Notes: generated by a model not told the origin, from the sequence alone. A stretch of DNA of 64,000 bases from Candidatus Bathyarchaeota archaeon (GCA_963697165.1 CAVOMX010000011.1:128001-192000); one strand, 5' to 3'; numbered from the stretch's first letter, positions 39,850 through 50,125 are shown. Numbers and translations: made by a program.

Positions 39850-41722
39850 CTACCATGCAGAGATTTTGGTTGCAGCCCACGAGATATCCAGCTCCGCCAG
39901 CTTGCTCTGTTTCGGAACACCCTGCTCAGTCCAACCCATCATATCATAGTAAAGAATCTTTGCCTTCTGCAAATCTTCAGGATTCACCGACGTTTCACTT
40001 AAGGCGCCCGATGTTTTGGGTTTAAAGAATCTGGGTGGAAGCCAATCGTCCTTTTCTGTGAAGCCTTCTCTGATGTTGAAGATTCTTGCAAGCGTGTTTC
40101 CTCTTTCCACAACTTTCATCAACTCAAAAGCTGTTGTGTTCCAGCCAGTAACGGAACGCACAATCTCAACCTTCTGTACGACACTCCAAGGAGTAAACAG
40201 GCACGTAACCAGAAAGTTGTTGAGGGTACGCCAATCGCCAACAATCTTGTATAGCCTTACTTTTTTGGGTCCAAAATCCTCGACGGGCACCGCCTCCAAG
40301 ACTCCAAGACTATTGTAGCTTTTGGGAAGCTGAGGATACAAGAAAGTATCATGGATGTTGTGAACGTGATCTGCTCCTGTAGGAGACACTGCGTACCCTA
40401 ATGCCTCACCTCTTTTCAGTCGGGGGTCATGCATTGGAACTTCCTGGCCCTTAACGTGAACCGCAAACTCTTCGGCGCCATTTCCGATACTTTCAGCAGC
40501 ACGTTTTGTGCCCTCAGCCAACAATGCGCCGATGCCACGTTTTTCGCCGATCATCTCAACCATTTTAAGCATGGATTCTGCATTTCCGAAACTCAGGTCA
40601 AGGCCGCCTGTATCAGCTTTTGTGAGTAAGCCATGCTCGAAGCATTCCATGGCGAAACTGATTGTAACGCCTGTGCTTATGGTGTCTATTGAGTATCTTT
40701 GGCACAGTTCGTTTGCCTTGCAGACTGCCTTGAGGTCAGATACTCCACAGTTGGAACCCAAAGAGGCTAAGGTCTCATATTCGGGTCCGCCATACTCTGG
40801 GTCTACAATCCAAGGCTCAGTTACTTTGACCTCTTTTTTGCAGGCAACAACACAAGCAAAACAGGTTCCCATGCCAACGCCAATAGTATTCTTCACTGCT
40901 TCAGCCGAAATATTGTCCACTTCTGGAAAGTCGCCGTCTCTGAAGTTACGAATCGGAAGATTACCCACCTCTGCACCAACATCCATTTCAACGCCTGTTC
41001 CGTAAGTGTGCAAAACGCGGGCAATACTGTCAACGTTCTGTGCCATCCACGTGGCAAGTTTTCTGAGCCGTTTTGGTTTACGAACTGGAACGTTTGTTGC
41101 TTCCTTTAACTGCAACTAGCTTTAAGGTTTTTTGAGCCCATAACTGCTCCCATGCCACCTCGACCAGCCGCATGATTCAAGGTCATTAATAACACACGCA
41201 TACCGTACCTGTTTTTCTCCGCCTGGACCAATCTGAGCCACTTTAACTGTTTTATCGTCTAATTCGTTTCGAATTGTTTCTTGAGATTTCTTGATTTCAA
41301 GCCCCCACAGATGGGAAGCGTCTCTAAGCTCCACTTTTTGGTCGCTGAATCCACAGATACACGGGACTTGATGCTTTACCTTCAACAATTATTGCATCGA
41401 ATCCTGCTCGTTTTAGTTCTGCTCCCCAGAATCCTCCTGCTTCGGCTTCCCCGTATGCACCTGTGAGGGGAGATTTGGCACCTACACTGTTACGTCCACT
41501 GCCACTGAAGGGCGCACCAGTTACGGGACCACAGGCGAAAATTAACTTGTTTTCTGGACTAAGCGGATTTGTTTTTGGCTCCAGTTCATTGAGTAGATAA
41601 TAAGAGATTAGTCCTCTGCCTCCGAAATAGCGACGATATAATGTTTCTTCTAGAGTCTCAAACGAGATTTTTTCTGTTGTCAGGTTGATTCGTAAGATTT
41701 TGCCTGTAAAACTGTTTTGCAT
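39850..41722 (-). CDS. aor: Aldehyde:ferredoxin oxidoreductase (tungstopterin family); frameshifted
   Basis: GKILRINLT, GGRG, KSPLTG...EA.AGG, IGPGGE, C..C...C, GPEYET, DTISTG, VKGQE.PMHDPR, GADH. Confidence 0.9.
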
Positions 41723-42131
41723 TGTGCATCCATATTTGATTTTCTCGGTAAGCCTATTAAATTCTTACATTAAATTCTTACATTTCCAGAAAAAATTGTT
41801 GCTGCCGTTGCACATGCAGTTGTCATTCTTTAGAGAGAATATATCATCTCCTTGAAATTGCTATGGGAAATACGGTGGAATCTTAATGGAAACTTTAGTA
41901 TTAAGCCTCGTATCAATGGAAGTTTGCTATGAACAAGTTAGGTCATAACGTTTCAAGAATGTGGGGATTCATGATGCCAGCACAGTCTGTTTAGCCTTCA
42001 ACTTCCAGACATCATATACTTATGTTAAGTAAAAAGGCGCAAACAGGTTTTTAGCAGCCAAAAGTCATTTCTTTTTTGTGGCTTTTCCGAAAAAAGTTAA
42101 AGCCACAACAGGTAACGTGAAATACACGCCG

Positions 42132-42751
42132 ATGTTGGAGATGAAGACTTGGTTGTTTCAGTGGATGGAGGATTTAGCTACTTCAGTTTGGTTATCTTGG
42201 CATTTTTATCATAAGCTTCATCGGTTCCGTGTCCGTGGTCTTTCCTATACCATACACCATCGTAATTTTCTTTTTAGGGGCGGTTTTGGATCCGTTTTTT
42301 GTTGCAGTTAGCGGTGGATTAGGTGCAGCACTCGGAGAATTTTCAGGATACACGCTTGGCTACTATGGAAGAAAAATAGTAAACGAACAAAGACACAAGA
42401 AAAATGAAGTACATGGTGAAACTCTTTGACAAGTACGGACCTGCGACAATCTTTCTTTTTGCCCTAACACCTTTGCCAGATGATTTGCTTTTCATTCCAT
42501 TGGGTGTTATGCGTTACCCGTTTTGGAAAGCATTCATACCGGCCCTTTTCGGTAAGATGCTTGATGACATTCATTTTGGCTGTACAGCGGTCAACAGTCA
42601 ATCGAATTAATTGAAATCAGTATTTGGTGGGTCAGGGTGGATAGGAACAGTAATCACGGTTGCTCTGTTGATTCTTATAATTGTGGCGATGATCAAGATT
42701 GATTGGGAGACGCTTTTTGAGAAGCATGTTGGCAACAAGAAAGTTGACTAA
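42132..42751 (+). CDS. VTT/DedA (SNARE-associated) family membrane protein; frameshifted
   Basis: GLGAALGE..GY.LG and FLFALTPLPDD..FIPLG in different frames. Confidence 0.8.
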
Positions 42752-42929
42752 ATGCCAAAGTCCTCCATGAAAAGATTGCAAACAACAGGTAACTTAACAC
42801 AAAGTTTAACATTTTATGTGTAACAGAAACTTACCCTTAGGTCAAAATAGCGTCACCATAAGCCAAAAGCAACATAAAAAAGTTAAATATTCGCGTAGCT
42901 TCAAGCATTATCCCTGGCTGGTGACAAAC

Positions 42930-43121
42930 ATGGTTAACGAAGTAAAGGGACGACTCTTCAAGAGAAAAGACGGAAAATACCTAATCTATGTACCTGTAGA
43001 CTTGACTGAAGACAGCATGTTCCCATTCAAAGCCAACTCTGCTGTTCCAGTAAAAATCAGTTTCACCGTAGGAGACAACAAACTCAAGATAGAGAAATGG
43101 AACGAAGAAGAAACCGAGTGA
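42930..43121 (+). CDS. Small hypothetical protein, possibly AbrB-like
   Basis: MVNEVKGRLFKRKDGKYLIYVP.DL..DSMFPF; GGTGA SD upstream. Confidence 0.7.
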   Translation: MVNEVKGRLFKRKDGKYLIYVPVDLTEDSMFPFKANSAVPVKISFTVGDNKLKIEKWNEEETE

Positions 43122-43356
43122 GCTACAGGCAAGCAATAAACAAACCAGTCTTTTTAAAAAAAGTATATGTTTCAAATATTCTTCAAAAGAACAACGGAAT
43201 GCATGACAGCATGGCCAGAAGACAGTCTCTACTGCATCCGGTATTGAATCCACAAAAAGGTTTCTAAGATTTTAGGATGAATTTTTTTAGCCCCGACAAA
43301 AACGAGGCGAGGGAAAATTATAGTTACATTCTGTAAACTGTCAATCTGAGAGCAGA

Positions 43357-43682
43357 CTAGAAGGGAATTTGCGGGTTTTCTCGGGGTAATTCAAGTCTTG
43401 ACACGTTTAGTTCATCGAATACGTGGAGAGCATTGTTTATTTCTTTGACGTTTCGGAGGGCAGTTAGACCCAAGTCGGTGATTGCGTAGACTTTTCTTGT
43501 TTGTGTCCTTTGCTGATTGATTGTTCCTTGATCAGATTGCGTTCCAGCAGAAAATCTATGCATTCTTTCAAAGCGCTACAGTTTATGTTTGCCTTGTATG
43601 TGATATGGGTCGGCTTTAATTTTCCATGGTAAGCCAGAGCCCGAAGAATAGCTATATGAATTTCCAATTTTGAGCGTCTCAT
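43357..43682 (-). CDS. Winged-helix transcriptional regulator; frameshifted
   Basis: MRRSKLEI..AIL, KPTHI.YKAN.N, then Y.IT..G in the shifted frame. Confidence 0.82.
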
Positions 43683-44084
43683 GTTTTGTAAACCAAGTTC
43701 TAATACACACGAATAGTTTATATCCTTTGAGAAGTGAAAATAAGAATCAGCATATGATTTTACAAATTAGCATTAACTCATAATACAGTTTCTATTGAGT
43801 AAAGATAAGTAGTATTCATATTAATCCATGACGTCTAAAGAGCCTAAGTTAAAAGAACATGATGTATTAGATTTGAATTGTTTTAGTCGCCGAGAACGAT
43901 TATACTATTCAATCCAATAACAGCTCATCAGTTACTAACAATAAATTTGGCAAAAATCAACAGAAATAAAATTACAAGCCATAGAAAAGTAATGTCAAAC
44001 ATAAAGATTAAGAAAAACGGACAACAAAAAGTTCCAGAAAACCTTAATTCACTGTTATCCTTCAAGATAGCAAAGAAAAGCAAA

Positions 44085-44193
44085 GCCGGGGTAGCCTAGC
44101 CTGGTTATGGCGCCAGACTCATGATCTGGAGAGCAATCTCCTAAAAAAATAGGTGCCCAGAAGTCGCGGGCTCGACTCCCGCCCCCGGCACCA
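44085..44193 (+). tRNA. tRNA-Met(CAT), elongator type, with a 31-nt non-canonical intron (44132-44162) in the variable loop; CCA encoded
   Basis: Acceptor GCCGGGG/CCCCGGC, anticodon arm CCAGA-CTCATGA-TCTGG, T arm GCGGG-CTCGACT-CCCGC. The insert forms a BHB-like motif. Confidence 0.88.
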
Positions 44194-44226
44194 AGCTTTT
44201 TCAAGTGACATTTTTAGTTAAAGTTT

Positions 44227-44826
44227 TCAAACTTTATGAGCAATGCATAGGTAGCATCCGGGTTCATCTTTAATGCTGATTTGAGTGAATCCGGTCTGCT
44301 CCAGTAAATGTATCAGCTCAGCCTTTTGTGGCAGCACATCATGCACTACAGCTAACGAAGCATCTTGGTGATGAATTCTTATTTCTTCACTGCTGAGTGA
44401 GTGTGCAATAACCAGTTTGCCGCAGGGTTTTAGTGCATAATTCATGTTTTGCAACGCTTTCTGTTTATTCTCTAGATGAGGAAATACCCCAAAACAGACC
44501 ACAGCATCAAATGATTGCGCGTGATAAGTGTCTTCTTCGATGTTCCCAACGTTTATGTTGACATTCTTGATGTGTGCTTGTTTTGTCTTGCATACCTGAA
44601 CCATTTTTTCTGAGTAGTCAACAGCAGTAACCGATCCTTCGGGTCCAACCGCTCGAATTAAATAAGGAATTAATACTCCAGTACCGGTGCCCACATCCAA
44701 AACGTTCTGTCCAAACGTTAAACCAAACAGTGGAACAAAATTTTCCAAAAAAGAGGAAAGTTTGGGAGAAAAAAATCGTTCATCCCAACTGTTTGCATGT
44801 TCATCGAAGTATGCTTTTTTGTTCAT
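44227..44826 (-). CDS. Class I SAM-dependent methyltransferase, last gene of the metal ABC operon
   Basis: VLDVGTGTG, VDYSEKM, FDAVVCF..FPH, LKP.G.L; His-rich C-terminal segment. Confidence 0.88.
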   Translation of the reverse strand: MNKKAYFDEHANSWDERFFSPKLSSFLENFVPLFGLTFGQNVLDVGTGTGVLIPYLIRAVGPEGSVTAVDYSEKMVQVCKTKQAHIKNVNINVGNIEEDTYHAQSFDAVVCFGVFPHLENKQKALQNMNYALKPCGKLVIAHSLSSEEIRIHHQDASLAVVHDVLPQKAELIHLLEQTGFTQISIKDEPGCYLCIAHKV

Positions 44827-44839
44827 TTTTTGGGGCGCC

Positions 44840-45811
44840 TCATTTTCGTTTTCTCTTGGCGTAGAGCAAGACTGCTTCCACTAAAGCGACGATAACTGCT
44901 AATGATGTGGTTATCTGGAATATGGTCACTTGGTTGTGTAGGTCAGCTTTTTCTGCTTTGAGAGTGAACGTAGACTGCCATGTGAAGGTGCCGTTGAAAA
45001 GTTGTTCTGCGTTGTAACGTAGCATTTTAGGCAAGTTTTCGGTTCCTGGAATGGCGCCTGGAAAGTTTGTTAGCACCAAATGTTCAGCACCAACTTGTGA
45101 AGCTATTCCGCCCCCAAACTCGACATCGATTTGAAGGTTGTCCACTACCAAAGCCACACCTTCAGTCTGCGCAGTTTCTAATAGAGCGGTTATGTCGCCA
45201 GCGGATAGTGTTTCTGGTGGATTGTATGTTGCTACAACTGTGAAGCCCGCCGATTCTATGAATGTTTTAAGCCAACTCATGCAGATGACATTCACATTTG
45301 ATGCCTGCAAGGTTTCAGCTTGACTTGCCATCCAACTGGAAACTTCGTCTACATCATTTAGTAGTTCTGAAATTTTTGAATCCAAGTTTATATCCAAGAT
45401 TTGGCTCAGGTTTCCTCCTACTCCACGTATGTAATTTTTTGCTCCTGCAGGAGTGTTGTATGCTCCGGGAATAGCAACCACTGTTAGGTTCGAGTTTCCT
45501 GCAGCTTCAAGTAATCCGTCCAGCCAAGATTCGCCTGGAATGTTTTGTTTAAACAGAATCGTTGCTTTGCTCACAGCAGCAACGAATCCAGGTTTAATTT
45601 CATAGTCGGCAGGGCAAAGACCGGGTTGAACCAGCACCAAGACATTTGCTGTGTCGCCTAAGCATTCTTCAACTATGTTGCCAACTGCGCTTGTTGTGCA
45701 GACTATTATGGGTTTGTCGGAAGTTTGGGCTTCGGTTACTGAAAAGAACAATAAAGGAAGCATCATCAAAGCCATGCCACAAATTAACAGCTTTTTATTT
45801 TTCATTTTCAT
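44840..45811 (-). CDS. ZnuA/TroA-like metal ABC substrate-binding protein with atypical ligands and C-terminal TM anchor
   Basis: Signal peptide, IVCTTS, LVQPGLCPADYEIKP, C-terminal TM followed by KRKRK. Confidence 0.8.
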   Translation of the reverse strand: MKMKNKKLLICGMALMMLPLLFFSVTEAQTSDKPIIVCTTSAVGNIVEECLGDTANVLVLVQPGLCPADYEIKPGFVAAVSKATILFKQNIPGESWLDGLLEAAGNSNLTVVAIPGAYNTPAGAKNYIRGVGGNLSQILDINLDSKISELLNDVDEVSSWMASQAETLQASNVNVICMSWLKTFIESAGFTVVATYNPPETLSAGDITALLETAQTEGVALVVDNLQIDVEFGGGIASQVGAEHLVLTNFPGAIPGTENLPKMLRYNAEQLFNGTFTWQSTFTLKAEKADLHNQVTIFQITTSLAVIVALVEAVLLYAKRKRK

Positions 45812-46628
45812 TTTCCTCTTTTCTCCTTCTTTTGGGTGATAAAAGAAGTGCGACTGCAAAAACAATGGTTGACACAATAACTATGCAGGAGCCAACTGGT
45901 AAATCAAAAAACAAAGAAACAAAAAGTCCAGAAATAGTTGTTGCCATGCCGATTAGTGGGGAAGCTATCACTACTTTTCTCATGTTTTCAGAAAACTGTA
46001 GTACAGTAGAAGCGGGGTTAAAAAGAAGAGCGTAGATGAGTAGCCCTCCCACAAGTTTTAGGGAAAAAGTGATGACAACCCCCGCCAAAAAGATGATCAG
46101 GTAAATGAAGGGTTTAGTGTTGATTCCATCTGCTTCAGCCAGTTTCCTGTTAAACATTATGGCGAAGAGTTCCTTCCAGATGAAATACACTATGGCTAAC
46201 GTAGCCGCAAACAAAGTAGTCAGGTAAAACAAATCAGAGTTAGTCATTGAGATTATGCTGCCCCAAAGAACATTAGCCACTTGACTGCTGAGCCCAACCT
46301 CCGGCGCCAAAGTCAGAAACACGAAAGCCAAAGCCATGTTTAAAGGAAAAACTATGCTGGTAACAGTATCCGCATGCAACCTCGCCTTATCCGCGATTGG
46401 ACCTATCATAAAGGCGGTGCCTGACGCAAAAAGCAGACCAGTTACAAGCGGATTTGTTGCAGTTGCTACGCCTAGGGCTGCTCCTGCAAAGGCGCCGTGG
46501 GACATGGAGTAGCCTATGGCTGAGAGTCGCATCCTAACAACGAAAACGCCTATCAAGCCCATCAAGAAACCTGCTAGGATACAGGCAATCAGTGCTCGTT
46601 GCATGATGGCGAATTCGAGCCAAATCAA
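45795..46628 (-). CDS. Metal ABC transporter permease (ZnuB/MntB-like)
   Basis: MQRALIA, G.FVV, SH.AF.GAALG, LWGSI, AEADGIN, LVG.LLI.ALL..PA. Confidence 0.92.
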   Translation of the reverse strand: MIWLEFAIMQRALIACILAGFLMGLIGVFVVRMRLSAIGYSMSHGAFAGAALGVATATNPLVTGLLFASGTAFMIGPIADKARLHADTVTSIVFPLNMALAFVFLTLAPEVGLSSQVANVLWGSIISMTNSDLFYLTTLFAATLAIVYFIWKELFAIMFNRKLAEADGINTKPFIYLIIFLAGVVITFSLKLVGGLLIYALLFNPASTVLQFSENMRKVVIASPLIGMATTISGLFVSLFFDLPVGSCIVIVSTIVFAVALLLSPKRRRKEENENEK

Positions 46629-47380
46629 TGGTGGTTTTTCTCCAATGAGGTTGTGTGTGGATGGTTTTCTACGAGGGGTAGGGCGTTTTTTGGTGTCCCG
46701 TCGAAGGTGATTTTGCCGTTAGTTACTACTATGACTCTGTTGCAGTTGTCTATCATGTGGTGGATGTCGTGTGTCACAATGAGGGTAGTTAATTCTTTTT
46801 CTTTGTGAAGTCGTCTGATTAGGGAGGGAATTTGTCCGCGTGAATCTGGGTCCAAGTTGCTGAAGGGCTCGTCTAAAAGAAGGATTTTGGGGGTTTTTGC
46901 TAGGGCTCGGGCAAGCATCACTTTTTGTTGTTGACCGCCAGAGAGTTTGCCCATTGGTCTGTCTGCAAGCTCTTCAATACCTAGTAGTTTGAGGGCTTCT
47001 AGAGCTTTTTGTTTGTCTTCAGCTTCAGGGTTGTGAAGAAATCCTATCTGTCCGTAACGTCCCATCAAAACGACATCTATGGTTTTGTAGGGTTCTCCGG
47101 GTTTCACCATGAAGTCTTGAGGGACGTATCCTATTTGGCATCTTATTTTTCGTCCGTTAGATTGGACGTCTAATCCGAAAACAGATACTTTTCCTTTGAA
47201 TGGTGGGAGCAGCCCGTTTATGGTTTCGAGCAAAGTTGTTTTTCCGGAGGCGTTTGGTCCCACAACATAAACTAGCTCGTTTTGTTTGAGAGTGAGGTTT
47301 ATGCCTTTGATGGCGGGTCTGCTTTCGCCCTCGTAGACAGTTGAAACGTTCTCAAGCTTGATGATTGCATTCTCAGGCAT
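46625..47380 (-). CDS. Metal ABC transporter ATPase (ZnuC-like)
   Basis: GPNASGKTT, GYVPQ, LSGGQQQK, LLLDEP, VTHD. Confidence 0.94.
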   Translation of the reverse strand: MPENAIIKLENVSTVYEGESRPAIKGINLTLKQNELVYVVGPNASGKTTLLETINGLLPPFKGKVSVFGLDVQSNGRKIRCQIGYVPQDFMVKPGEPYKTIDVVLMGRYGQIGFLHNPEAEDKQKALEALKLLGIEELADRPMGKLSGGQQQKVMLARALAKTPKILLLDEPFSNLDPDSRGQIPSLIRRLHKEKELTTLIVTHDIHHMIDNCNRVIVVTNGKITFDGTPKNALPLVENHPHTTSLEKNHH

Positions 47381-47427
47381 TATTTTGTTGCAGCTCCAAG
47401 CACGGTTACTGGTTCAACCCGAACTAA

Positions 47428-47455
47428 GTATTACCTTTTAATAATTTCGTAATAC
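47428..47455. promoter_or_regulatory. NikR-type operator GTATTA-N16-TAATAC overlapping the TATA box of the ABC operon
   Basis: Perfect 7-bp inverted repeat GTATTAC...GTAATAC; minus-strand TTATTAAA lies in the spacer. Confidence 0.72.
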
Positions 47456-47624
47456 CAAAAGGCATTATTAAATCTTTATCCATCTACAACCGCGAGTAAC
47501 ACCATACAGGTAACAAAACATATTGTTTCGACGCCACACAAAAACAGAGAAACAGCATACCGTTTTGGAGCTAAACATTTAAACCATCCCGCATTAACCA
47601 ATTTTTTATTAAACCAGAAGGAAG

Positions 47625-48437
47625 ATGAAGCAAACGGCGAAGTGTCAATACTGCGGCGACGATGTTGTTCTCCCCTTTCGATGCACTTACTGTGGGGGAC
47701 AATTCTGCGGAGACCATCGTCTACCAGAGAGGCATGAATGCCCTGAAGCGTGGAGGGCAAAGGCTCCAAGAGACGCGTCGCCAGTGAACACCCATGAATG
47801 GAATAAGGCACCTTCATACAAGTACACCATCTCATATGCGCCCCAGTCATCATCCAAGATATTCTGGTTCAGCAAAACAGAACTCAAACACCTGCTCATC
47901 GGAACTCTCCTAGTCATGGCTGTTGGCCTAACCTACTTTCTTTCAGCAGTCTCAAGGTCATCACTGCTGAATCTAGCAATCCTGTCAATCGCATTCACGT
48001 TGTCATTTCTTCTTCACGAACTTGCCCACAAATTCTCAGCACAACACTTCAGATTGTGGGCAGAATTTAGGCTAACCCTGCAAGGAGCACTCATAACGTT
48101 GGTTTCAATTTTTCTTCCCTTCAAGATTATTTCTCCTGGAGCAGTGATGATTACGGGGTCGGGGACAAGGGAAACTGTTGGAAAAACAGCTCTTTCTGGA
48201 CCAGTAACCAACATGCTTCTTTCAGCGGGATGCATCCTGATTGCAACAGCTACGCAGGACCTTTTCTGGTTTGTTGCATTCATAAATGCATTTCTTGCAG
48301 TTTTTAATCTCATTCCTTTTGGCGTAATGGATGGCTTGAAGGTTTTCAGATGGAACAAGACATTCTGGGCAATAGCATTTGCCGTAGCAATCGCTTTAAC
48401 AGCTTACACATATAGCCCTGCACTGGGCGATTTTTAG
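47625..48437 (+). CDS. AN1-type zinc finger fused to an M50 (site-2) intramembrane metalloprotease
   Basis: CQYC...LPF.C.YCG..FC.DHRLPE.H.C; HELAH; GP.TN; FNLIP...MDG.KV. Confidence 0.9.
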   Translation: MKQTAKCQYCGDDVVLPFRCTYCGGQFCGDHRLPERHECPEAWRAKAPRDASPVNTHEWNKAPSYKYTISYAPQSSSKIFWFSKTELKHLLIGTLLVMAVGLTYFLSAVSRSSLLNLAILSIAFTLSFLLHELAHKFSAQHFRLWAEFRLTLQGALITLVSIFLPFKIISPGAVMITGSGTRETVGKTALSGPVTNMLLSAGCILIATATQDLFWFVAFINAFLAVFNLIPFGVMDGLKVFRWNKTFWAIAFAVAIALTAYTYSPALGDF

Positions 48438-48476
48438 AAACAGAATAAGCTACAAGAAAAAGAAGACCAGATGTGT

Positions 48477-48785
48477 TTACAGCAGTTCTATGCTGACGAA
48501 AACTTCCTCGGGTACACGAACTCTCATGATTCTTCGCATAACACGTTCTTCAGCGTCAACTATGATGAGGCGTTTGTGTATTCGCAGCTCCCATCGGTCC
48601 CATGTTGCAGTTCCTTGACCGCACGGTGTTTTGCGTACTGGAACCTTAAGTTTTTTTGTTGGCAGAGGATGTGGTCCCGTAATCTTCACGCCGGTCTTCT
48701 CAGCAATGATTTTTAGTTCTCCGCATACATTCTCAAGCTTTTTGTAATCTGTGCTTGTCAGCTTGATTCTTGCTTTTCTTACCAT
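48477..48785 (-). CDS. rpsJ: 30S ribosomal protein S10
   Basis: KARIKL.S, GP.PLPTK.L.VP.RK.PCG.G..TWDRWELRIHKR. Confidence 0.97.
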   Translation of the reverse strand: MVRKARIKLTSTDYKKLENVCGELKIIAEKTGVKITGPHPLPTKKLKVPVRKTPCGQGTATWDRWELRIHKRLIIVDAEERVMRRIMRVRVPEEVFVSIELL

Positions 48786-48930
48786 CGCTAAGATACTCCC
48801 TTAGATGTTGCCTTATCGTCTTTCCGCGTTTTAAATACTTTTTCCCTTAACTACCAGATTTAATGTCATCTCTTCAGAAATACCTTTGGGTTTTTGGAAC
48901 ATCAAGGTTACAGAAAACGCGAGTTTGACC

Positions 48931-49857
48931 CTAAAACGGAAGGATTAGACCAACTAACTCGCCGAACAGTAGGTAGCTTGATACCACATAGCCCAGGATG
49001 GCACCGCTGCACAAGTAAGGCAACCCAGCTTGTGGCTTTCCTTTAATTACAACAGACATGAGAACTGCGAATCCAATAAGGGTGCCGAGCATCACAGATA
49101 AGGCAACGATGAGCCCGTTGTCGGCAATGTTTTGGAGAGCTGAGACAACCAATATTCCGGGCATAACTATGTCTCCCAAGCCCAAGAAGAAGGCTTCTCG
49201 CTCTTCGTTATCTTCTAGTTTTTCTTTTATCCCCTTCGTTTCTTTGAGAAGAGAATAAGTTCGTACTTTTGGTACAACCAGCATGACTGGCAGTCTAAGG
49301 TCCATAACTGCGTCAGCAAGATCGATCATGTGTTTGGTCTTGTAGACTGAAATGGCGTCGTATATTGACAGACCGATGAGTAGAATGATTACTAGAAAGA
49401 TGCTAAGGGATATTCCGAAGATTCCGATAGCGCCTACGCCAACGATTATTCCGGTCAAGTCGATTATGTACCATTCTGGATATTTAATGAGTGCCACAAC
49501 CAATATTGCTGCGGCGATTACCGAGATGAATAGTGCCAAAGTGGCGGAGACCACAAAGGACATCAGCGGATAGAAGACAAAAAAAGACGTGTAGCTTATT
49601 GACCCCAGAATGATGACTTGTATGAACTGTTTCTTCCAGAATTTGGCAATCAGTAGTATTGTAACTGTGACTGCTAACATGGTCACGAAGAAGACAAGCA
49701 GGTTAATTGGATCGTTTGGGTTTTCGAAAACATCCAATCCTACTGCTTCAAAGGGCTGAGTTATCAGCATAGACAGACTGTGGATTACAACAAATAGGCC
49801 ACCCATCAGCAACATGGGAAAAACAGCTGTGCCCTTTTCCTTTTTTTCGTCAGTCAT
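48931..49857 (-). CDS. Presenilin / signal-peptide-peptidase family GxGD intramembrane aspartyl protease
   Basis: YDAISVYKTKHM, LGLGD..MP, PQAGLP.L. Confidence 0.92.
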   Translation of the reverse strand: MTDEKKEKGTAVFPMLLMGGLFVVIHSLSMLITQPFEAVGLDVFENPNDPINLLVFFVTMLAVTVTILLIAKFWKKQFIQVIILGSISYTSFFVFYPLMSFVVSATLALFISVIAAAILVVALIKYPEWYIIDLTGIIVGVGAIGIFGISLSIFLVIILLIGLSIYDAISVYKTKHMIDLADAVMDLRLPVMLVVPKVRTYSLLKETKGIKEKLEDNEEREAFFLGLGDIVMPGILVVSALQNIADNGLIVALSVMLGTLIGFAVLMSVVIKGKPQAGLPYLCSGAILGYVVSSYLLFGELVGLILPF

Positions 49858-50082
49858 TTTATTCATAAGAACATGGTTACTCACTTATAGAGTTTTATTT
49901 GATGTAATTAGCAGTCGGGTTCTCCGAATACGTTATTTTGATTTATCTGAGTTTAGCATGAGTTTTTTATAATGTCAAATTGAGCTTTTTTTCACAAAAT
50001 ACAGCTAAAAAACCTACTAATTAGAGTAAACATCTGAGGTGTTAAATTTTATCCCCAAACCCAAATTAGTCATAATGCTTAA

Positions 50083-50107
50083 TAGTCTGATATTAGACTA
50101 GGTCTAA
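50083..50107. promoter_or_regulatory. Overlapping inverted repeats upstream of an HTH gene (candidate autoregulatory operator)
   Basis: TAGTCTGA-TA-TTAGACTA and TTAGAC-TAG-GTCTAA, just after the TATA-like CTTAATA. Confidence 0.5.
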
Positions 50108-50125
50108 GTTGGGATAAATCTAAAA

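Noticed and set aside
33736..41722. Programmed frameshifting or pseudogenisation of thrS, proS and aor
   Set aside because: Several breaks per gene with no shared slippery motif; the same pattern occurs window-wide, so sequencing error is more parsimonious.
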